Assembly: GCF_031769215.1 (NCBI RefSeq)
Contig: NW_026782573.1
Span: 124,001 to 188,000, forward strand
DNA: 64,000 nucleotides
Direction: 5' to 3'
Source of the DNA: Ylistrum balloti
Lineage: Eukaryota
In this document: in pieces, positions 1 to 9,395 of the stretch
Numbering within the stretch: position 1 is the first letter of the stretch
Layout: each line of letters opens with the position of its first letter
Program-made: the position numbers and the translations under genes
The notes under the pieces: generated by a model
What the model was told of the DNA's origin: nothing
The model's input: only the letters and a program-made list of their open reading frames with translations
Databases searched by the model: none

Positions 1-461
1 TTATCAATTAGAAATCAAAAGTGTTTCAAAAAAGGATTGAGAAGCTATCAACAACACATAGGTTATGCAATAAAAAACATCCATACCAAATTTCTGTACT
101 AGGACTCAATGAAATTTTGGACCGGACAAATATTTTGATACATTAAGCTAATTTGTTCATCGATCATTGGTAGAACCTTGATGGTAAAGCACCTGATTTT
201 ATGCACTTTGTATCATAGGGTTATCAGAAACAGATATTTTTCCATCATTTAATTTAATGAAGAGGGATATTCATCTTAATTGACTTTGACTAATTTGTAA
301 AAACATTTCCATGCATTACTAATGAAATAATTTTTTATTCAACTTTCATAAGATGTTAGCAAAAGTAAGGATACTTGTTTTCAAAAAAAAAATAAATAGT
401 TTATGTTTAAATACACAATCTTGAAAGACAGTACTTACTTTAGACAGAGTTAGTTGTATGT

Positions 462-579
462 TACCAGTGATGATCTGCCTATGCTATTTACAACATAACA
501 CGTGTGGTGTCCATGTTGTAAACATAAGTTGCCATGGCAACTGGTGCTGAAGTTTTGTGCAGTGGGCCATCTGAGGGTA
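462..579 (+). ncRNA. Candidate intronic box C/D snoRNA, SNORD67-like, predicted guide for U6 snRNA Cm60
   Basis: Lies in an RPS13 intron. Box C GTGATGA at 467-473, box D CTGA at 571-574, short terminal stem TACC/GGTA. The pre-D segment TTGTGCAGTGGGCCAT is complementary to U6 AUGGCCCCUGCGCAA (about nt 56-70) with one bulge and one G-U; the D-5 rule points to C60. Two internal hairpins. Confidence 0.62.
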
Positions 580-691
580 TCAAGCAGTGGATTTGGAATC
601 CAATGGTGGTTGAAATTGAATGTGAAATAAAATTTTTGTGAGGGTAAATACTGAGAAATGAATGTCTGAATTATTTCTGTTTTGGTTTCAG

Positions 692-792
692 GACAGGGAT
701 GCTAAATTCCGTCTTATTCTGGTGGAAAGCAGAATTCACCGTCTGGCGAGATACTACAAGAGGAAGAGGGTTTTAGCACCCAACTGGAAATA
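692..792 (+). CDS. RPS13: 40S ribosomal protein S13 (uS15), penultimate coding exon
   Basis: Acceptor tttcag at 691, donor gtaagt at 793. Translates [33 protein letters not shown], a near-exact match to the uS15/S13 C-terminal half. Upstream exons lie outside the window. Confidence 0.95.
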
Positions 793-1053
793 GTAAGTAG
801 AAGCTTAATTCATGTCGGTAATAAGATCATGAAAGCCATTATAATGTTTCTTCTATCTTAACAATGAAATTGATCAGTATGAATATTTAAGCTTTTTCTC
901 CCACCTTGAAGTAGTAGTTTTGTGCCTTGTTAATGTTTGGAAACTGTTCCTAGGCAAGAGATTTGTTTATTTACTGTCACTTTTCCTTCTCTGTTGTTTA
1001 GATAATATTTGAAGCTACAAACTTAACTAATATGTTTTTGTTTCTCATTGCAG

Positions 1054-1087
1054 CGAATCTGCAACTGCCGCAGCCTTGGTGCAGTAA
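1054..1087 (+). CDS. RPS13: 40S ribosomal protein S13, last coding exon (YESATAAALVQ*)
   Basis: Acceptor ttgcag at 1053. Phase-2 junction TA+C gives Tyr, followed by ESATAAALVQ and TAA at 1085-1087, matching the S13 C-terminus (YESSTASALVA type). Confidence 0.92.
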
Positions 1088-1103
1088 AGACCTATTTTAC
1101 AGT

Positions 1104-1109
1104 AATAAA
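1104..1109 (+). terminator. Probable RPS13 polyadenylation signal
   Basis: AATAAA 17 nt after the stop codon, consistent with the short 3' UTR of ribosomal protein genes. Confidence 0.55.
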
Positions 1110-2522
1110 TGTGATGCCAGATGGGAATTTAAGTTTGTCTTTCTTTATTTCAAGAATTTCTTTACCCAAGCTCCAATGGTATTTCTTGATTCAGACACAT
1201 TTGATTTTACTGCTCCTTTGCTAACAGATTTTGACATAATTTTCAAATTGGTGTTTTAGGAAGAATGATTACCACAGACACCTTGGATATCATTTAGTCT
1301 TGAAGTGATACGTTAGTAATCGGTACAAACAACCAGGGTTTAAGATAACATGGATTTCATCTCTTGTGCTTTTCAAATTACACAAGCTGGAACAGAACAC
1401 AAAATACTAATAAGCACAATTAAGTAATTCTTAATGGTTTGTGGGTATGGTTAAGACTTGCAATTATATCTCCACAGATTGTGACCGAAGTACAACATAG
1501 TGTCAAGAGTATGGTTGTATGAATGACTAAACACTCAATGAAGTTAAAACTGATCATGGAGCACTGAGTGATCAATCAAAACGGATGAAACAAACTACTT
1601 AGAGTTTCTTTCAAACTAATTGACACTATTCAAAATAAGAAATACGATATTGCCTTAATTAAAATGGAACAATTTATTGAAATATACATGCTATATGACT
1701 GACTTAAAAGAAAAAAATGGGTGCATTTGTTCAAAAGAACCACTTGATAGCTGACTAAAATTGAAAGGAAGTACCATGTGATCAACATCACTTTATCTTC
1801 TGAATTTTCTGAACGAAGTAACATCTGAATGGTGCACTCGCATGATCCTAATGGTACATAGTACATCTACAATCTTTCCCGTCAAATGACGTCTCATTAA
1901 TCAAAGTACACGTAATTGCTTATCTGGAATGAATAAAGCCATAAAAGTTCCCGAAAATGACTGACCTATATTTAAGGGTCAAATTTATTTTTAAAAAATC
2001 AAATGACTAAATAACCGACGAAAATCGCGACACCAACTGAAAGGATCATGGGATGAAGAAAATTAACTTCGGAAAAAAGGATGACCTTGACCCGTACTCA
2101 TGTCACCGATGCCAACTGTGTTAAAACCTTTCTAATTAAGCAGTGGGTCTAGAGTCTTGGTATTTGGCTGGGTTCCTTGGGTGAAATAAAACAAAGGTCA
2201 CAGGTAAAATTTTATCAAGGATCATTGTATTTAGCTGCTAGGTTCCTGGGGTGAAATAAACCAAAGTCCACGGGTAAAATTTGTTAAAACTTTTAAACGA
2301 GTTTCTAATACCTGGAAGTATGATAGCTTCCTGCGAGAAAGTTAAAATTTATGAAAGAAACTTTCCTTTAACAGTTTTCAAAGTTACAGGGGTCAAAGTT
2401 GAAAACTTTCAAACGACTTCTTCCCATTAACCAAAACTGGATGCCAATAAAGTAAAATGTAAAGGAATTGCTTGTCGAGTTTGTGAAAATGTTTACCAGG
2501 GGAGTGATGCATTAAATAAAAA

Positions 2523-2728
2523 TAGCCGCGGAACTGGACATCAATAGTTGATTTCCTGCTGGATGCTGGTCATCCCGGGGCAGTTCTTGGGTCAATATCA
2601 CAGACACTAGACCATAGCTGGACAACATCGTGGCATTGAACTTCTCTGAGAAATTACCTTTGTCCTTCATACGAGATCACTTTGGTTTGAATTGGAGCCA
2701 TTCCACAGTGATGAGAGAGGGAATGACC
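2523..2728 (-). pseudogene. Decayed inverted copy of the Cys-rich exon at 6047-6339
   Basis: The reverse complement aligns with 6046-6339 (e.g. CTATGGTCTAGTGTCTGTGATATTGACCCAAGAACTGCC vs CTATGGTCTAGAGTTGTCTGTGATGTTGACAAAAGAACTGCC; CATCCAGCAGGAAATCAACTATTG vs CATCCAGCGTCAAATCAACTATTG). It has two internal deletions, a lost acceptor AG and lost Cys codons. Confidence 0.8.
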
Positions 2729-3039
2729 AGTATGGTCAACATTACAAACGAATTAAAAACAACTTACCGATAACTACTGTATCAAATATATATGCTTGTT
2801 TCCATACAATAATCCAATTACATGTATTTAAGGGTACTCAAATTTCAGATTTATATAAACTTTGGGTCTGAACCACTTCGGACTGAGGACCAGGGCAACA
2901 TACAACGGGTGAAAGATTAAAAACTGAATGAAGAGATTTTGATAGTATCTGATGTAAGGCATCATTGGGTTGAAAAGATTCAATTTTGTATAAAGTACGG
3001 GTCTGATTATCTGGGTACAGAGAGACTGGGTCAAATAAG

Positions 3040-3615
3040 TTATTTTATCCCATTTTTTTTTATTTTGAAAGAGAAACGTTATCAATTTTTGATATTTCGC
3101 TGTGAACTGACGTTATTTGAAACAATTGATAATACTAACCAGCAATAACAAACGATATTGCAGGTTATAACCATTCTGACGTTTTATCAATTTTTAATAC
3201 CGACTTTAAAAAAAATAGTGTCTGTTTAGCGCTGATGAATCCTTTGATAAATATTGATCTTACGTAAAACAAAAACAAATTTGAAATGTGAATATTGGCC
3301 TCGATGAACGACTTTTCAAATTATTTTATCCCATTTTTTTTTATTTTGAAAGAGAAATGCGTTATCAATTTATTGATATTTCGCTGTGAACAATAAGGAA
3401 TCTTATTCTGAAACAATTGATAATACTAACCAGCAATAACAAACGATATTAGCAGGTTATAACCATTCTGACGTTTTATCAATTTTAAATAACGACTTTA
3501 AAAAAAAATAGTGTCGGTTTAGCGCTGATGAATGACCTTTGATAAATATTGATCTTACGTCGACGAATACAAATTTGAAATGTGAATTTGTCGTCGATGA
3601 ACGACTTTTCAAATT
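3040..3615. repeat. Two-copy tandem duplication, unit about 281 bp
   Basis: Block starting ttattttatcccattttttt at 3040 recurs at 3321 with small indels. Confidence 0.9.
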
Positions 3616-3632
3616 ATCTATAACAACTGTTT

Positions 3633-3912
3633 AATATCGAACAGACGTCGATGAACAAGTTTACAATATCGAACAGACGTCGATGAACAAGTTTATAATA
3701 TCGAACAAACGACGATGAACAAGTTTATAATATCGAACAAACGACGATGAACAAGTTCATAATATCGAACAAACGTAAATGAACAAGTTCATAATATCGA
3801 ACAGGCGTCGATGAACAAGTTTATAATATCGAACAGACGTCGATGAACAAGTTTATAATATCGAACAAACGACGATGAACAAGTTTACAATATCGAACAG
3901 ACGTCGATGAAC
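3633..3912. repeat. 32-bp minisatellite, about 9 copies
   Basis: Unit aatatcgaacagacgtcgatgaacaagtttat at 3633, 3665, 3697 and onward. Shares the core cgtcgatgaac with the end of the adjacent 281-bp unit. Confidence 0.92.
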
Positions 3913-4236
3913 TAATATTGGATCGCATCAAAGGAACAGCAAAAATACCAACATGTCAACATAATCATAATCCAACCCCAATTCAATAAAAAATATGGCA
4001 AAATATGATCATAAGAAAGATTTACCCAAAAACTCTTGAAAACCTAGTACAAGGAGAATAAGATACAGCACGATAGTCTACTCTGACAACAATTTTGACT
4101 TCTTATCGCTAAAATCATTTACCGTGCTATCACATAAGTAAAAAATAGTCCAAGGATGGAAGTAAATGCACACTCCTTGCCAGTCTATGGGTCATTGGTT
4201 TTTGTGGGTTTTTTCATCATCACCTGTATGGAAATC

Positions 4237-4370
4237 ATTGCATAACGAAAACAATAAGCATGACGTCATTAGAAATAAAAAAGAAAGTCAATCTGTGACG
4301 TCACATTCCTGTTACTATGCTGCCTAGCAATCGACCATGGCGGAGTTGATTAGCCTCTCCCTTATGCAAT
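4237..4370 (+). promoter_or_regulatory. Candidate promoter with two CRE palindromes and two C/EBP-like sites
   Basis: TGACGTCA at 4261-4268 and 4296-4303; ATTGCATAA at 4237-4245 and TTATGCAAT at 4362-4370; directly upstream of the ATG at 4398. Confidence 0.4.
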
Positions 4371-4397
4371 TTCAGTGTTAAATCTTGTATTACCACA

Positions 4398-4995
4398 ATG
4401 GATATCAAGTTATTTTTGATATTCGTGGTAATGCTGAGCGCCATGCACCAAGGTCCTGCTGTTTATCGGGAGTACACATGGTAAGTAGTTTTTCATTAAA
4501 TTACTTTTGACATCAGTTACATTGCTATGGTAATTAATGGTGCTCTTAGATGTGTCAAACAATTTTATCTTACCTTTATTAATTGCCTCGTGCTTTTAGT
4601 GTTGAACCAGAGCCAGGGTATCTCAAAAGATTGCTTTCCTATTTTTCCGGACGAGAAATCGAAAATGTCTGCCCAACGCTAACCGATCTGATCATGGTAA
4701 GTATTATATCATTATCATATTTATAAATAAGTATATTTATCTCCGAATATGGATATACAAACTGAGCTGTTACTTGAAATGAGGCATAATCGTGTGAAAT
4801 AAATGCCACTTGCCATTTGTGCATTGAAGTAAATTGTTTTTTAAACAATCTAAACTTTATTTCAGCGTAATATAAATGGGATTTTCACATCCGTCCTACT
4901 CATGGTTCTACCCCTTTTGTTGGGCTATGTGGTTGGAAACGCGATCAAAGAGAAATCCTCAATCATCTTTTCCACATTTCTGGAATGGAAAACTA
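4398..4995 (+). CDS. Exons 1-3 (4398-4480, 4600-4696, 4866-4995) of an uncharacterised signal-peptide and transmembrane protein
   Basis: Three gtaagt donors and pyrimidine-rich acceptors with matching phases (2, 0, 1). Spliced product MDIKLFLIFVVMLSAMHQGPAVYREYTCVEPEPGYLKRLLSYFSGREIENVCPTLTDLIMRNINGIFTSVLLMVLPLLLGYVVGNAIKEKSSIIFSTFLEWKT has an N-terminal hydrophobic leader and an internal TM-like segment. Confidence 0.7.
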
Positions 4996-5084
4996 GTAAG
5001 TAAAAGTAATACTTACCTTATCTTTCTTTATCTTCACTTAAGTAGATATAGTAGTTAACAATAAATACCCTTTGTACTTGCTAG

Positions 5085-5612
5085 TATTGATACATTTGAA
5101 GTATGTCAACTTCTTTGCTGAATTAATCGCCCAGTGAACGGCCAGGGTCATTTTGACGCTGGGTGTAATAGCATGTATAGCTACTGTTGTATACATGCTT
5201 TATAATGGGTGGTATGGAGATAATGGTGTGGTAAGGGAGGTAAGCCAATCGGCAATTAATAATTCCGGATTATGTCCTTATCCTTTAAAAATTAGTTAGA
5301 TAATCTGATCTGGTTCACGAGAAAAAAGGAAAAATGAAAATTATGGCATGCTACAGACGTCTTACTTCTCGATGCCGAAACAGCCGATATCTACGACAAT
5401 ACCTTAATGGTCATCGTGCGGAAGGCCCGTCGCGTTCCATTAAGAGAAATTAGAGTTAAGTATCTCGCCCCTGAAGGACACGACCACGTCAGTACTGACC
5501 AGAACGTTTCTCGGCTTCCTGAGCAAATACTCGTGGAAAAAAAACTCCGATCTTCAACTGAAGATTGTACTAACAACACACAAAGGAATAACACTTTTCG
5601 ATACAAATTTAT
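5085..5612 (+). pseudogene. Putative exons 4-5 (5085-5230, 5296-5612) of the same gene, each with one in-frame TGA
   Basis: The phase-1 acceptor at 5084 continues the frame as ILIHLKYVNFFAELIAQ*TARVILTLGVIACIATVVYMLYNGWYGDNGV (TGA 5135-5137). Donor gtaagg at 5231 and acceptor at 5295 lead to LDNLIWFTRKKEK*KLWHATDVLLLDAETADIYDNTLMVIVRK... (TGA 5335-5337), open to donor gtaaga at 5613. Confidence 0.4.
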
Positions 5613-5909
5613 GTAAGACAGAATGTAAAGCTTGCAGACAACTCGCTCTAACCATCTGAGCTCTCGCAACACATTCCTTTTGTGTTGATTTGTCAATTAT
5701 GTCTCAGAAACTGACATCATATACGATATATGAATATTAGGAGATATTTACTTTTCTATTGTAATTTATCTGTTTTCTATCACATCTTTCTAGAAACTAC
5801 TTACATGTATGCGTACATCAAAATACACTTTGCTGAGCGTATAAAGTACGATCAGAATGATTATTTCGTTTTCAAATTACATTTACGGGTGAAACTGTCT
5901 AACTGTCAG

Positions 5910-6339
5910 GTTTGTCGACCGGAAATACCTTAGATGTATCAGTCAGCCTTCGATTTTATCAAACTATAGATGTTTATCGCGGGGAGAACCCTTGCATTTT
6001 GAAGTTATGTTGGCATATTTTTAAATGGTTATATTTGCTTGTAAAGGTCCTTCCCTGTGTCGTCACTGTGGGACTGCTCCCTGTCTGGCCAAAAGAAGAT
6101 ATTTATGGAAACCTTCCGGATCTCGTAAGAGGGACAAAGCTAATTTCGCCGAGAGGTCCAATGCCATGTTGCTGTTTAACTATGGTCTAGAGTTGTCTGT
6201 GATGTTGACAAAAGAACTGCCTCAGGATGATCTATACTGGGAGAGGAAGTTCTGCCATCAATTCAAGGAGAAACACATGGCCTTATTTCCACTGTGCATC
6301 CAGCGTCAAATCAACTATTGGTACCCAGTTCCACGCTAG
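5910..6339 (+). CDS. Putative exons 5910-5935 and 6047-6339 encoding a Cys-rich domain resembling the P2X7 C-terminal (ballast/ZCD-like) family
   Basis: Exon 6047-6339 reads PSLCRHCGTAPCL...ANFAER...YWERK...MALFPLCIQRQINYWYPVPR*, with CxxC-x4-C and hPxChxxxIxxxaP motifs. The micro-exon 5910-5935 is phase-compatible on both sides but weakly supported. TAG at 6337-6339 abuts donor gtatgt; the next acceptor is at 6571. Confidence 0.5.
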
Positions 6340-7199
6340 GTATGTATATTCCGTTCCGACAGAATCTGTCCCTTCTTGAATTGGTCAGACATTTCTACAC
6401 GCATTTAGTCTATTTCAGTTTTAAGTAAAAGTATATCACGCTTGTGACCCAATTTAATATCCACTATGCAAGGTATATCAGATAACTAACATTACATACG
6501 ATAGGATAACGGATCTTATCTGCTGCTTCTGATACAAAAAGTATATAAAAATCTACCTGTTTTGTTTTCAGGTTCCTTGTGTCATTGATGAAGGGATTGC
6601 GGTAGTGACGTCATGACATCGTGTTTGAAATGGGGTTTTGTCGTGTTTGTCCATTAGAGATTTGTGTGATATGTTTGGCATGAGAATTGAATTTCGGTGC
6701 TTTTATAAGTCCATTGTGGTTATATCGATAATGTGAGAAATAAAATATCTCTAATCTCCATTACTTGTTTAAGTTATATCTTCACGGTAATCGCCTACAT
6801 TTATTTGAATATATTTGAGTCTCTTCAATAGTGAAAAGTATGTTTTTTATCAAGAATTTGATGAACAACTTAAAGTCTTTTCTTACTTGTATGTTCATGC
6901 TTCTGGAACTTGTCTTGGTATCGCGCTCATCCCGAAGAACTAGTGTCTGGACCACACGAACACTAAGCCTAATTGCTGTTCACGCTAAACTATATAAAAT
7001 AGATAGGAAACTTTATAACTGTCGGGAACACATCTGATTAAAATCGGATATGATTCCGATTCAATTTGACATGATTTGCGTTGCAAACTTAACAAGCATT
7101 AGTTATTAGAAATATTAGGAAACGTATTGGCAAGTTGAGATTTAGAATCAGCTGTAAAAGGAGTGGGTCGGGTTGGCTTGTATAAAGCATGCTTTTTTT

Positions 7200-7240
7200 G
7201 GCTTATCACACTAGAGACCCAGGTTCAATTCCTGGTCGGA
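7200..7240 (+). mobile_element. tRNA-derived SINE-like or pseudo-tRNA fragment
   Basis: Perfect T-arm CCAGG-TTCAATT-CCTGG with B-box GGTTCAATTCC at 7222-7232. No pairing anticodon stem, acceptor stem or clear A box. Confidence 0.35.
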
Positions 7241-8769
7241 GCACGCTATATGAATGTGTAGTTCATCTGTTCTTTCACAAATCATATGACAAGAATGAAT
7301 AAAAAATATCTTCGTTAAGAAATACAGCAACTATTAGATTAATTTAGGGGGAAAATCGGCACGCGCAGGCATGGAGCAGCATTCTCTCTTAAGAGTGAAT
7401 TGTAGTCAACGACCCTAATTTACATGGATTCAACTATATAGCATATACATGCTGTCCCGATTTCAAGCCGGCAGTGTAGTGTTGTGATGTTTATGAATCC
7501 GTAGCATTTTCTTTTAATATTAAAAACAAATTGTTTTGAGTTAATAATCATATGTTTAGTTTTCATTAACAAAATGTTGGAATATTTTATTACAATTATT
7601 TCCGAATAATTCATAGATAAAAAGTACAAAGATTGTTGATCCATAGATGTATATACAGATCTGTAGAAAAATCTAGACTTTTTTTCAAGAAAATAAAGCA
7701 AATAAAAATGAAAATAAATGAAATAAAAAATAAAGATGTAAAATCGTTTCTATTAACTATGAAAAACCCTCTCAATTAAGTAATTCATTTCAACCCCAAG
7801 GATAACGCGGACTATATACACCATCACAGCATTTCAAACAGAAATATTTCATAATGAAAAATCGTGGCTAAAACCATTTAAAAGACAATCAACAAATGCC
7901 AATTCGATACAGATTTAAGAAAGCCGATATGGTGCTTTAATTTAACCGTAAACTTTAGACGAGTTGCCTCCCTTTAATCATAATCTTATGGCCATCTGTA
8001 TATAAAGAAGAAAGGTTCGAAAACATCAGTGACATACTGTACCATTATCAATCTTAGTCAGTCGTTGACTTTTTTAATTTTTTAATATTTCTTAGGGCTA
8101 TTTTAGAGCTGGAGTTAAAATCACAACATTCCAGATTTTCTTTTAGAGTATCGTAATTCATTGTGTGTTTTTTTGTGACTGTTTTTGTTTTTGTTTTTTT
8201 TTTTCAGCCTAATAAAATGCTATATTTGACGTATATTTATTCTTCTGTAGTTCGGCCTTATCCTACTCAGCCTTACTCCTATATTCGCTATTACTACAGT
8301 GTTATCAAGTCCTGTTCTCGTATTGCTCAGCTTTGCTCATTATCATATAGTTAAGTTCTTTTTCTCTCATAATACATTTTAAGTTGCAGTTCACCCTGAT
8401 TCTTATGTAGTTTTGTGGTCCTCTATCTCATCCTGTTCTCATATAGTTTATGTACCAATGTCTCGTTCTGCTTTAGCCCGGTGTGTGTTTGTAGTTCAGA
8501 CTTCGCACCTTGTAGCGCCTGTAGTGCACCTGTATTTTCCTATAAACCCTGCAGCCCTGTCTTATATCCCTATTGCGCAATTCAGCCTTACTCTCCTATA
8601 GCTCCTGTGCTCTGCCGTATAATCATTTTGTAAAAGTAAAATCTTCATTTCATACAACAATTGTAGTTCACCCTTATATTTTCTCATAGATACCCCTTCT
8701 TACGGCTCCTATCGCTCTTGTACCTGTATTTCATCTTCATCTTCCTACAACTCATGTAGTTCCTGTCAT

Positions 8770-9395
8770 CTCCTCCTATAACCCATGTAGCTCAATATTA
8801 TCTTCCTTTCGTTTTCGTCGCCTAGTCCTATCCTCCTATAACCCCTGTAGCCCGATGTTATCTTCCTTTCGTTTTTGTCGCCTAGTCCTATCCTCCTATA
8901 ACCCATGTAGCTCAATGTTATCTTCCTTCCGCTTTAGCTCAATGTTACCTTCCTTTCGCTTTTATCGCCTAGTCTTACCCTCCTATAACCCATGTAGCTC
9001 AATGTTACCTTCCTTTCGCTTTTATCGCCTAGTCCTATCCTCCTATAACCCATGTAGCTCAATGTTATCTTCCTTTCGTTTTTGTCGCCTAGTCCTATCC
9101 TCCTATAACCCATGTAGCTCAATGTTATCTTCCTTCCGCTTTTATCGCCTAGTCTTATCCTCCTATAACCCATGTAGCTCAATGTTACCTTCCTTTCGCT
9201 TTTATCGCCTAGTCCTATCCTCCTATAACCCATGTAGCTCAATGTTACCATCCTTTCGCTTTTATCCCCTAGTCTTACCCTCCTATAACCCATGTAGCTC
9301 AATGTTACCTTCCTTTCGCTTTTATCGCCTAGTCTTATCCTCCTATAACCCATGTAGCTCAATGTTACCTTCCTTTCGCTTTTATCGCCTCCCGT
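8770..9395. repeat. 60-bp minisatellite, about 10 copies, with degenerate flanks extending to about 8260 and 9590
   Basis: Unit cctagtcctatcctcctataacccatgtagctcaatgttatcttcctttcgttttgtcg type; successive 60-nt lines begin identically. Confidence 0.93.

Noticed and set aside
525-542. Perfect palindrome AGTTGCCATGGCAACT matching an RFX X-box
   Set aside because: It lies inside the snoRNA candidate, where a hairpin explains it, and no ciliary gene promoter is evident nearby.
793-1053. Possible H/ACA or U14 snoRNA in the last RPS13 intron
   Set aside because: An ACA triplet and some pairing exist, but there is no convincing H box and no U14 domain A or B.
1880-2520. Interspersed-repeat-like region with tgaccttgacc motif and a ~68-bp duplication
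   Set aside because: Probably a common mollusc non-autonomous element, but termini and family could not be defined.
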